Program-made: the position numbers and the translations under genes
Shown here: positions 12,022 through 24,203 of the stretch, piece by piece
How positions within the stretch are numbered: position 1 is the first letter of the stretch
How the letters are laid out: every line of letters begins with the position of its first letter
DNA from: Macrostomum hystrix
Lineage: Eukaryota > Animalia > Platyhelminthes
Reading direction: 5' to 3'
DNA: 64,000 nt
NCBI GenBank assembly: GCA_950097015.1
Contig: CATNEN010000001.1
Coordinates: 22,940,001-23,004,000, forward strand
Notes under the pieces: generated by a model
Seen by the model: the letters and a program-made list of their open reading frames with translations, nothing else
Told to the model about the DNA's origin: nothing
Database searches by the model: none

Positions 12022-15000
12022 AACTCGTTTTAGAGGGTCTACAGGATTGAATTTCACAAGTACAAAGCAAAGAGCTTGTACTTCGATCTAATAATAGCAC
12101 CATCAAAGCTTGACCACGGTATAATGAAGCTAACATTAAGAAAAATATACAATCATTTCCTGTTAGACACATCCTTCCCTGTTAGACAGATCCTTCCCTG
12201 TTAGACAGCTCCTTCCCTGTTAGACAGATCCTTCCCTGTTAGACAGATCCTTATATGTTAGACAGATCCTTATATGTTAGACAGATCCTTCCCTGTTAGA
12301 CAGATCCTTCCCTGTTAGACAGATCCTTCCCTGTTAGACAGATCCTTCCCTGTTAGACAGATCCTTCCCTGTTAGACAGGTCCTTCCCTGTTAGACAGAT
12401 CCTTCCCTGTTAGACAGATCCTTCCCTGTTAGACAGCTCCTTCCCTGTTAGACAGGTCCTTCACTGTTAGACAGATCCTTCCCTGTTAGACAGATCCTTC
12501 CCTGTTAGACAGATCCTTCCCTGTTAGACAGATCCTTCCCTGTTAGACAGGTCCTTCACTGTTAGACAGGTCCTTCACTGTTAGACAGATCCTTCACTGT
12601 TAGACAGATCCTTCCCTGTTAGACAGATCCTTCCCTGTTAGACAGCTCCTTCCCTGTTAGACAGATCCTTCCCTGTTAGACAGATCCTTATATGTTAGAC
12701 AGATCCTTCCCTGTTAGACAGATCCTTCCCTGTTAGACAGGTCCTTCCCTGTTAGACAGATCCTTCCCTGTTAGACAGGTCCTTCCCTGTTAGACAGCTC
12801 CTTCCCTGTTAGACAGATCCTTCCCTGTTAGACAGATCCTTCCCTGTTAGACAGATCCTTCCCTGTTAGACATATCCTTCCCTGTTAGACAGATCCTTCC
12901 CTGTTAGACAGATCCTTATATGTTAGACAGATCCTTCCCTGTTAGACAGGTCCTTCCCTGTTAGACAGATCCTTCCCTGTTAGACAGATCCTTATATGTT
13001 AGACAGATCCTTCCCTGTTAGACAGGTCCTTCCCTGTTAGACAGATCCTTCCCTGTTAGACAGATCCTTCCCTGTTAGACAGATCCTTCCCTGTTAGACA
13101 GATCCTTCCCTGTTAGACAGATCCTTCCCTGTTAGACAGATCCTTCCCTGTTAGACATATCCTTCCCTGTTAGACAGATCCTTATATGTTAGACAGATCC
13201 TTCCCTGTTAGACAGGTCCTTCCCTGTTAGACAGATCCTTCCCTGTTAGACAGATCCTTCCCTGTTAGACAGGTCCTTCCCTGTCGTGCAACAAACCTCA
13301 AACTGATCCCAGCCAGTGGTGTCTCCTCCGTAAGAGTAGAACACCAGCTGCGACTTCAAATCGTCGAAGCTGAAGCTGCTGATGCCTCCTCTGGATCCGG
13401 TGCCACTGCTGAAAAAGAAATGCGGAAAACAAAGGGTTTAGACAAGTAGTCAAGTGCTGGCAGGATATTGCTAGTCTTTTTCCACCAGAACTCGCGCTAA
13501 ATGTCATTCATTAACTGATGTATCTTTAGGTGCGCCGGCATTAATGCCATCATTCTTTGATGCATAAACATCAGGCCTTCCCGTAGTCAGGCACAGCCTA
13601 GTTCAGCCCAAGTTTAGTCCCATTAAAGCTTGTAAACAATCAGCTGGTAAAAGGCATCATAGGTACAAGGGTACCATAGAAGTGCACCAGAAATGTACTC
13701 AGATCTCTTCCAACCGACTCACTCGTCGCGCAGAAGTTGACCCTTGGCTGGTGGAACAGTCACAGTGATTCGCAGCCTCTGCAGCTCAGACTGGGTCACA
13801 ACGTAGTCCGGCGGGTCGAAGTTCACCTGTAGATCAGAGGCATCGATGTGCAGCCTGTTGCCCAGAGAGCCAGTGAGGTTCCGACTCTGAAATTGTCATT
13901 TCATGATCACTGAGCGACACGATTGTACTGTCCAATATCCTATTGCTAAAAATCTAAAATTATAAATGTAGGAAGGCTGCCGGCAATCGTAAATCATTTG
14001 GTGACACTAGACCTTGCTAGCGAGGAGGCAATTCTGCCCATTTCGCTGACTCCTGAGCACTCAAGCACACAGATACTGTACACAGGCACAACACTCACAG
14101 TTTTGTACATCTTCCCTGACTTTCTCATCGTCAGGCAGTGTACACTCTCACTGTGCCTTAAAGGTCGGCCCTAAATTGTCGTAAATTGCAGAAAAGCCCC
14201 CAAGCCTCGCCGCAGAATCGAGCTGAGGGACCTTTTGTGCGTGTGGCAAACGCGTTAACGTGCCACTGACCCCCAAACTGTATTGTTAAAACATTCTGAA
14301 TTTGTTAGTCCTTTGGAAAAGCCGCGGTTGTAGTCCATGAACCACTTGACCATTCCGCAGCCATGTTCAGGCAATCATAAATATATACTTCTGTTGCTTG
14401 CCATCGGACTAAATCAATAGCTCAGACCAACAACAGTCCAGAGATGCGCTAATTGCCTTTTTAAGAACGATAATTAGGAGCATTCTACAGGAATAGGCAA
14501 CCGTAAGAAAATTCCTAAGCAAGACAGACAGAGACAACCTAGAGAAATTCGCTCTGCAAAACTTAAAAACTTCTTCTGAACAAACGCTGGATCATAAATC
14601 TGCCAAAAAAAACTAATGCAGCCGCGGCCACCACTGACACCTGTGCACTCTGAGAGACACACACACACACAGGCCTAGAGACACTGTGCTGAAAGTCAGC
14701 TCCTAGGAATGCCATCCTTGCGGCCCCTAGGTTAAGACCTTGCCTCCCATCAGGGGGGGGCAATGTTCGGCAGGCAATTTGTGAATCGTTCTCGGCCCTC
14801 CCGCCAGTCCCTCTAGCTCTAAAATTGGTCCCCTAACTACCGCCACTTTTGCAGCCGCTGCCCCAGCAGGCAGGCAAGGAGGAGCCAGTCTGTCGCATTC
14901 AATCAGTGACCCGGAGAGTGCAAGACAGGCAGCTCGACCCGGCTCTGATATCGGTGCACTGTGTGTGTGTGTGTGTGTGTGTGTGTCTGTGTGTGTTTGC

Positions 15001-18000
15001 GTTGCGGACACAGCCACTGGGCACACTAAGTCCGCTTGTGCAGCCTGGGCACTTTTCATGTTCTTCAAGCCCCAAAAACTCTCGGAGCTGCACTATCATC
15101 AGCTTCATCATCAGCATCATCATTGACCGCAGCTTCCGCGCAACCGAAATTTCTGCTCTGGCCGAGTTCAAGTGGGCGACGTGAACTTCCTAATTTTTAG
15201 TATGTTCCGATGCAAGTCTACAATCTCTGCCTCAAATCTAACCGAACAAATTCTCCCATTACTAAAGTGGCTTCTGTTCTATTCGCTCCCTGCGGAGCAA
15301 TGCTGGAAATGGCATCGCGATTGGTGGCAGGACCCGGTCGTACATGATTGACTTGTCTCTGTCGACCAGTGCTGGGTTCAAAGGTACATTAATCCGAACT
15401 AGAATAATAGTAATAATAAAGATGGTCCATGACGTTAAGCATCGAGCTTATCCCCTGTTCCTTCAGGAAGAATCTGCCTGGTGGTGTGAAAATACTTCGA
15501 TTGCTGAGTGGGGACCAAGAGGGATTTCAGCAGGATTGCAGGGCGCGAGGAATGAATTCCCATCTAGAGGAATGGAGGAACAATTCGTAAGTGCTTGGCA
15601 AAGCAGATGGGAGATGAAGGAATGAAAGACTGTGGGCAGTCATGGACGGCGGCTGGTGCGTTGGCATCGCCCAGTTGTTTTTAACGAGTGCAGTCAGCTG
15701 TTGATGCAAGCCCAGAAGTTCCTCCCCATTTCTGCCAATCGTCCAGAGTTAGAGCAACTTGCGCGAACTCCTTCTGTTAATGACACGCGATAGAATCACA
15801 CTTTCGAATTATCCACGGTGATTTTGTCAGTGACGAGGTCACATCAGGTGTGGCCCAATTTTTGTTGGTAGTTAGCACTGTCAATTATTATAGCTGCATC
15901 GAAACTGCTTAAAACTAATCTTGTAACTAATGAAATTAATTGGCTAGGAAATCAGTTAATGGATTCCTAGTGCATTAAGGTCCGTGTTAGAATCGCATTG
16001 CAGATTAGCGATCAGCTTTGCGGACACCGAAAGTGCACTCTCAGGTCGCTGGTCGGTCAAGTCGTCATAAAACTCCAGGGGGGGCGCAGCTGCGGCACAA
16101 GCTGTTCTATTCTTGGAAGCGGGGCCGGCCCTTTCAGAGGGCGCACATTGTGCCGGGAGACACACGTGCCCGCGGACAAGACAAGGGCCACTTCCTTGGG
16201 GAACACATCAGTTTTCCATAGCGCACAGCGCATAGAGGGTATTAACCGAAAGGAAAGAAGGAGAAATAGGAGAGTGGAGGGACAGAAGGGTAGAAAGAGC
16301 AAGTCCTTTCAGGAGCAAGCAGGAATAATAGAAACAGCATTTGGGATTCGGAGCCCATGCGAGACGGCGGACAAGCGGCTCTGTGGGAAACAGGCTTGTG
16401 GGCCAGTGACACGAATGCAAAAAAGTGAACTTGGATATTCAGATGTGCCGCACATGCCCTTGCGTCTAAAGTTCACCTGGAATCGTATTTTTCTTCACTT
16501 CAATTCTTCCTGAATCTGTCTGTGTTCCTCTCCCGGCTCTCCCCTTTTACTTCTGGGGTGATTCAAAGAGGCCAATTTGATGAAAAATCCCCATAGAGGC
16601 CGTTAGCTTTCAGCGAGCCTCAGTCAGTGCACCGTCCAGCGCCGATGATGCAGCGGCTGAGGGAGCTCGGCTGAACCTGGAGTCTGGCTGAGGGCTTTGG
16701 GAAATATGTGATGAGGGAGAGTGACGTGCGGGGGGCTCACGCAGACCGGTGGAACCTGCATTAAGCTAGCCACCCCCCACTAGCGTGGAATATCGCAGCT
16801 GTCAGCCGGGCACTTGATCGCGAGCCACTCCCACCTCCCAGCCCCACTAACGATAACATTATGCGTAGATGAGGAACTACATCGGCTGGTGTAGAACGGA
16901 ACGAACGAATCTGAAACTACCTGCTGCTAGACAGCTGACAGAATAGTGAGAGGAAATGAGATACGCCGTCTGGTCCCAGAGTGCTTGGAGCGGAATGTGC
17001 CCACTTCCCATGACAGTTGCCGCGTAGGCGGGTGGGCAAGTGTCAGGTAGAGGTTTGGATTCTGGATTTGTGATGCAATCTCTACTTCGTTGGGGCGAGC
17101 ATAGGTCGGGCGCCTGTTGTTGATTTTTTACAATTCGTTGGTTTAGCAAGCTGGCTACAAAAGCAACGGGAGATGGGAGTGATCTGACCCTGAGAGTGAC
17201 TCATGATCCGTACAGTATGTGTTGAGCCCCTTATTCGTGCTGTGCGTAGTTCACACCGGGTTTTGTATCCGAGGGGCTCCGGAACGCCATCTGATAGCGG
17301 CGCGTTAAAGCGACCAAGAGAGGTGCCGAAATTTCCCACAGCGGGAGGCTTCAAGTTGCGCAAAGCTTTCAGATATCCGACTCTTCTGCGAGCCTCTCTT
17401 TCGTGTGCCGGAAAGAAAACATGAAAACCAACCGAGGATTTGCTTTGCTTTCACTGGCATGCCGTCACTGGATGCGGCTTTTGTTGGAAACTATGAAATT
17501 CTCCACTATTTTGAATTCGATATCCGCTGAATACAGTTTTTCTAGTTTGAAATCCAATGAGATAGAAGGAAAAGAACGTCGGCGGACTTCCTGACATGAT
17601 GCATTAAGCAAATGAATGCAGATTAACTGGCTAATCAGATCACGCAATATGGACTTATCATCAACTGGGGCGGTTTATTTTATTTCTTTCTGAAAATAAG
17701 TTCAAATTACTTACTAAATCAAAGCGTCTAAGCGACCCTACCTGGTCCCCGCCGCTGTCCTCAATCGTGAGATACAAACTGGGCCGACGCACATAATATT
17801 CTGCAGTTCTCACAGTTCCAGGCCGTCTCACAGTCTAAGGAACTTCCCTCTGAATTAAAATCGGAAGGACATCAACGCCTTCGTCATGACCATCAATGGC
17901 CATGGCTACCTACCTACCCCGCTACTCTGCCACTTTTGCGAGCACGACAACGAAGATTCTGAGTACTTTGTCTCTCACTGCCCTTTCTTAAACAGTTGAA

Positions 18001-21000
18001 TGATCACGGACTACTTCACATACCCACATCTATATATTTTTTCTGCATCTCCCGATCGCCATGAAAATCCAGAACGTGGGCTAAAATATTCCGCACTAAA
18101 CCTATGAAACAACTTCCAGAATAAAAAACATCGGAATCGTAGAGATTCATTTATTAGCTTCTGGGTGCTGGTGGCAAGAACTACCAATAGTGACAAAAAA
18201 TTTCTGCTCATAAAATTTTACCATCTACTATTGTTAATATATATATTTTGATTATATTGCCCGTGTTATATATTTGAACTGATATGGATTAGCCATTGAG
18301 GTTTACACAGAGCAATGTTACTTGTCTTTGTCACCAAGGTCTTCCACAAGAATCGCTGAATATCGTGCCGATGTTGATGCTGATGTCGGACAGCTTTGAA
18401 TAAGTTTCATCGCTACGCTACCTCGGGCCGTCTATCGGCTAGGTTTGCCAAATTCCAAGGCTCATTCTATTTCAGGTGACAAGACCACAGGAAGACAATG
18501 CTGCAGGACGGATCGGCGGACCACTGACCCGCGCGATCAGCTGTGGGCCTACAGAGGTTATCGAAATGGGCGACCCTCGCCTCCCCTTTGTGTCCATGGA
18601 CCACCCTGGAGCTAAGTCAAGTAAACCGTTCGTATAACCAAAAACATATATTCCTGCTCCTTCTTCTGAACCCCAAGTATTTTAAATACTACATTAATTT
18701 TAACAATATTGCTTACCACAATTAGGTTGATCTTGAGCGCAACAATGACCACCTGGAGTCGCAAATCGACTATATTTGAATGCCCGTCGCTCACTGTCAG
18801 GCCCACGTAGTCCGTTGTGACGCGAGTTGAACCCATCTCAGTGGCCAACGAGGCGTGCTTGTATCGAATCCGGCCGTCTATCAGGTCCTGCTGGGTGAAC
18901 TGGTTCAGCTGAGCCCCTCTCAGGTCTACCACGCGACCGTACAGCGGCTTCTGAGCCACGGAGTACACAATCTGACTCGGTGGCGCCCGAGAGGACACAA
19001 CCAGCAGGGAGCTCTCGCCAATGGCAGACTCGGAGTGCTGAAGCACTCGAACCACCTGGTTGCGCCGGATCATTAGGCTCCTCTGCTGATCAGTGACAAC
19101 CATGCGCATCGCTAAAGTCTCAGCCACCGATAAAGCATTGCTGCTGAAAACTAGCCTGAAGGCCATGCTATCCACTTCATGAGTTCGACCATTATGACTG
19201 TAAACAACTTTCCCATCGATAATATCTTGATAAGTGATGTTTGGGCTGACTGGTCGGTTGTTCTCCTGATAAAGCAGTTGGCCATTTACGGGAGCGGCCG
19301 AGACAGTCAGGTAAATACTCTGTGGTTCCATGTCCAAATTTGATATCAGTGAGAAAGTCAAGACACTTGGACCAGCGAATATGGCTTGTAACTGGTTTGA
19401 CTGAAGCCTCACAAAGGGCCTTGACACGTTGACAATGAGTGACTCATTGCTCTGACGTCGAATACCGTCATCAACGCTGAACTGTAGAGCTTGCTCAGAG
19501 ACGGAGACAAACTGCGGCAATGGCGAGTGTACAAAATAGATCTGCTTCATCAACACCTGCTTCTGAGCAAACGATGTCACTTTCACGCTTCTACTGGCAT
19601 CAAGAAAATAGCCGATTTTCATTTGTTCGTCGATAAAGTGAAACACAACCTCGTGAGGATCAGTACCTGTGTCTGCGTCTTTAAAGCTGATTACATCCTG
19701 AGTGACCAGCCTGCGCTGTCTGGTAGCCACAAGAAGAACATTTTTCCCCACACGAACAGGTGGATTGTCGTTCACTAACTGAATGCTGATATTAAACTGA
19801 CCTTTGATGCTTGACTGGGTTCTCCAGAACTCACTTTCCAGTGACCTGCCACCAGGCTTGATTTCGAATTCAAATGAATCATTTGAACTTTCCGAGTCAT
19901 CATGCTGATACATAACGAGACCATCGTCGAGGTTTCTGCCGGAGACAATGCTAACGTCACGTTGAACTATCTCCTGCCTGGCATTGATCAGGTGCAATCC
20001 GCCGTGACGCGGCCTGGAAACAACCAGGAGGCTGTACGATGATCCACCGGAAGATGGAAACTGAATTGACAACTGACGGCTTGAAATCACCGCTCGCCCG
20101 CCCTCGGTCACTCCATCCAGGCCGTTATTGATGAGTCGAGGCCCGGCTGCTAATGAACGAGAAGGTCGGTAGATCGTGTTGAATTCGAAGGGTCCGGATG
20201 ATGCTTGAAATGCTTCGACTGTGAAGGCGAATGAATCATTCTTTGATGCGTCTCGCTGGCCCGTGTAATTGTAGAAAATAGAGCCTACGTCAATGTCAAA
20301 TTGTGTGAAAATAGATCCCACACCAAACGTTATTTTATCAGAGGAGCGACTTAGCAGGCCATGAAGGGGCACAGATCGCAGAATATATCGAACATTGGTC
20401 GACGGAACGTCGCCTGAAGATACATCGACGCTTGCTGTAAACCGTAGGTTGCTTCTAGTCAGCGGCTGATAAGTGTCCTCAGGCCCGAAGAGCTCCAAAA
20501 CACGATTTACTAACCCGGAGATCCGAGGCGCCGACAAAGTCAGGCGAATGTCGAAGACGAAGCGCTGACTGGCGCAACGACCGTTGGGCAGGCAGACATC
20601 AAACTCGAATCTATCTCTCGTAGATGTGGGGGCGCCTGCTGAAATTCTTAGCTTGACTCTAGTTGCGTTGACGTCAGATTGGGTGAAGCCATCCACTTCC
20701 TGACAACGGCTTTGGCAAAGAACAACATTGCCAAATCTCGGCTTCGTAAGCAATTTATAACGCAACTCGGGAGCCATTGCCTGCGAAGCTAAATTGGACC
20801 AAGACAACAGGTTATCAGAGGTAATGTTACTTGTCGAATCCACTGGAATCCACAGAGCGGTGTTTCTCAAAAGAGTAATGTTCAAATCGATAATCTCGAA
20901 TTCCAAGCTGACTTCTGGGGAGGCCTCACGACCGTCCGAGACGCTCACCAGGACTCGAACATTCGGCGCGCCAAAGTTGTGAAACTCGATCCGGCGATTC

Positions 21001-23583
21001 TGCACGTCTAGGTGGGTGAAGTTAAATAGAGGGTCTCGACTGACACTGCGCTTTACGAAATGTCCACCAGCCGTTCCCGCTGTGTACCGAATAATCCAGT
21101 GAAGCTCTTCTGGCCTGTTATCACCGTCTTGTACAGTAAAGTGATTCCGTGTGATTAGCAGCCGATCATTCCTCAGCATTCTAAGCCGTATTCCGGATGG
21201 AAACTTAGCAATGGGCCGATCATTTTCTGGAGCGACATAAAAGTTCAAGTCAAAGCCCTTGGCGTCATCGATTTCCGTGTAGCGAAACTCCGGTGGTAGG
21301 CGCTCTAATGGAGCCATGAGTTGCACAACAATCTCCGCATTGTCTGTAATTTCTTCTGAGCCATCGTGAACGTACTGAACTCGGCCCTGCTGTAAGTCGG
21401 CCAGAGTAAACTGGTCCTTCTCTCTCCTGTGCTCAACGTTTACCTGTAAGTGGCCACGCCGCGGCCTTGTTCTTACAGTGAATAGCACCTGACCAGCCTC
21501 CAGACCGTGCTGGGCGAAGTCAAACAGGAAGCGAATATGACGCTCCGTGAGGGTTACCTGACCGCCTTCACGGAGATTGACAGTCGTGACAATGAAGTAC
21601 TCGCTGCGATCAGTCTCGACTGTACCTGGAGCCTTTCGGCAAAGTCGTTCGTCGCTGTAGGTGCATCGACAGACAAAGTCGACTCGATTGACTTCTTCGC
21701 ACTGGGCTCCCGGTATGCACGGATCATCAGTACACGGATAAGGCCACTGGCACTTGGATTTGACATTATGCGTCACCTCTACATTGTCGAAGGTGAGCTG
21801 CAGTCGCGAGTTTAGCTGAATGTCTTGCACGCAGCCCTCGATGGCCAAACCGCTTCTGCTAGGAAACAGCAGATGAGCGTTGGGCTCCTCATAGAAGCTC
21901 ACGCCTCCGAACGATATGGAGTCTTTTAGATTGAGAGCCAGATCCGTGTCCAAGAACTGCTTCTCCATGATACCATCGACTGTCAGCAGAATCTGGCGCT
22001 CGAGAAGGGCCACCGTGATCATGTGCCAGCGGCCATCATTAAAGCGACGAGTAGCCAAATAGATCCGTACTGGTATGCCGCTGTTTATCGATTTAACAAC
22101 CAGACTTAGAATGCCAAATTTCGTGAGCTCCAGGTAAAAATACGATCTTACTCGCTCGGATGAGGTAAATAAAACCACGCCTTCATTACTGCGCGTTTTC
22201 AGCTGAAACGATACGTTGAACCGGCCTGCCTGTAGCTCCCTCTGTGGCCTGAAAATCGCGTAGCTGCTGCCCTGAGCGACCTCCTGGAAGCTAAAGGCAT
22301 CTGTTGGCAGAGCTTGAAATTCTGCAGCGCAGGACCAGTCGGTCTTGTGAGTGACAGCCCCACTGTCCAGCAGGTTGCTTGTCACGTTGAATATCTCGTA
22401 CCTGTTGAACTTCACGTGCCGTAGGCAGCCACGGAAGTGTGTAGCTCCCCTCGCGGCCAAGTAGGTGTGCAACCTGACATCGCCGGACGGCACGCCACCC
22501 AAGCAGACGCTGTGAATGCTCAGCTCAACATACGGCGATGTCACTAAGCCGTTTGTTGTCAGCGAATCGACGTGAAGAGCGAGCTCGCCACCCGTCTTAC
22601 TGAAAGTCACCGAGTGCCACTGGCGATCGTTGAGACTCTTCTGTCTACTCACTAGCAGAGGCGTCCCCGCGCCAGCCACCGTGTTGAGGCTGACCTGCAG
22701 CTCGCCGCGGACAATTTCTATCACCAGGAAGCTCACGTCCCCGTAAGCGGCTAGCAGGGTGCCATTCTCCTGCTGCGACATGAACTGCAGCATCACTCGG
22801 GTGTGGGTGCCCCGGTCGCGCAGACTAACGCTCATGTAGCTCTCGCCGTAGAAGGATACTGTGGCAGGTTAAATTGGGTACAAATATTACAGTCTGTCAA
22901 TCTCTTTTTTTCCTTTCAGTTGTAGTAACGGCAACTTTTTTATAACGCAGTGACGGTATACGCAATTGGTTTGAAATAATTGAATATAATTGAAAAGCAA
23001 TCGAAAAATTGAAATAATTGAATATTTTATTTTCTATATAATGATTATAAAAACTTTTTGTGCGTTATATTGTTATCCTAATGATTATATATATTTTCGT
23101 ACTTTTTTCTTGTAATAATACTCCCGTAATACTTAATTACGAAGGAAAAAATTGTTTGTACACAAAGGAAATTTTCAGAATAAAAAAAATAAATTATAAG
23201 AAAATTGTTCTACAATACAATAAAATTTCTAAAATAAAAAGCATATCTTAATACTTTATTATATGTTTAATAATATGTCTTTTTATTATTTTATATATAA
23301 CTGCTAATTAAAAATTAATAAATTTCAGCTACTATGCAGTTGTGTCTTTAATAAATTGTTAAATTTATCTGCTAAAGCTAAATTAAACTAGAAATAAAAA
23401 AATTTGAAAATCTAAGTTACATGCAGAAAACAAACGATTTATTGATTTTAAAAAGTTTACACCTTAATTGTAACACCTCAAGTCAATTGATGAATAGAAA
23501 GATCTGCACTTACCATCCAACCCAACTGCATCCTGGACGACCAGAAGACACAGAAAAATACTACACAGTTTGATAGCAACCAT
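4911..23583 (-). CDS. CSPG4: Chondroitin sulfate proteoglycan 4 (NG2/kon-tiki)-like single-pass membrane protein, about 2539 aa
   Basis: Seven phase-compatible GT-AG exons: 23583-23514, 22858-18717, 13886-13723, 13408-13297, 8725-8416, 7834-6175, 6072-4911 (7620 nt). Signal peptide MVAIKLCSIFLCLLVV, 'VSFYGESY' start, two laminin-G domains, an EGF-like module, many CSPG repeats (FTQ.D...G.V.Y.HDGSE), TM segment FVTLILVCGVVLLAAILLVLV, and a cytoplasmic tail ending TWL. Confidence 0.9.
8095..8386 (-). mobile_element. tRNA-derived SINE, family A
   Basis: Reverse-complement match to the copy at 39302-39630, including the tRNA-like head and the TCGTCAGGCAGTGTACAC body motif. A further fragment lies at about 8860-8895. 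Confidence 0.7.
11989..12020. repeat. (GCT)n microsatellite
   Basis: About 10 GCT units read directly. Confidence 0.9.
12158..13284. repeat. 19-bp minisatellite (GTTAGACAGATCCTTCCCT)n, about 59 units, in CSPG4 intron 4
   Basis: Direct tandem repeat with recurrent variants (CAGG/CAGC, CTTATAT, CTTCACT). Confidence 0.97.
13993..14275 (-). mobile_element. tRNA-derived SINE, family A
   Basis: Shares ATCATTTGGTGACACTAGACC...CTGACTTTCTCATCGTCAGGCAGTGTACACTCTCACTGTGCC...CGCGTTAAC with the copies at 8095, 39302 and 60761. Confidence 0.75.
14959..14996. repeat. (TG)n microsatellite
   Basis: Read directly; a complementary (CA)n run lies at about 14657-14671. Confidence 0.85.
17987..18420 (-). mobile_element. 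Non-autonomous TIR element, family C (right end uncertain)
   Basis: The reverse complement aligns with 47580-48100 and 37370-37610 (e.g. AAAATTTTATGAGCAGAAA; TTATTCTGGAAGTTGTTTCAT; GATTCTTGT.GAAGA). Confidence 0.65.
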
Positions 23584-24203
23584 ATTACATGATTGATGTC
23601 GATGAAGCGACTGACTATGGTTTGTCAATCCACAGTATTTGCTATAAACAACCTGCCTAATACAAATTCAATCGGTGAATTTAAACAGCGGTAAAAAGTT
23701 CATGAAGAGTCTAATAGTATTAGAATAGTTTTAGTACTAAGGCATATACTAAAACAGATTCCAACTTGACAAAAATTCAAAGTGTATATTTGTGGCTTTT
23801 TAAAGCTTGTTTCGCAAAGTTTATAATCTATATTTGTTTTACTAATTACTTACGATTCGCGTCGTTTCCATTTTTAACTTCGGTTGCGATTGGTCCATTT
23901 TCTTCTATGGTTTTTTGAGACCCTGCTCTGTCCGTTTTTTAGCTATTTGAATTTTTTGCTGCATTCACAGCGCAAGTTTCTTCTAGAATTTTCACAGGGT
24001 CGAATAAATATACTGAATAAGTCAGGAACTTATTTCCGACGTAAAACAACAAAGGTTAAATCTGCTTAATCTCTAAAGCGTTTATTTGCAATGTTTACCC
24101 GAATTCATATACCTTAGCATTAAAATTTTCGTCTTGCGATTTTTCAAGACGACTGAGAGAAGGTAGAACAAAGTCTCATTGCCTCAGTTTTCAAACTGTT
24201 TAG

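Noticed and set aside
14474-17647. Short ORFs within CSPG4 intron 2, and others at 24928-27629 and 33275-34000
   Set aside because: No recognisable domains or consistent exon structure; probably decayed repeats that I could not classify.
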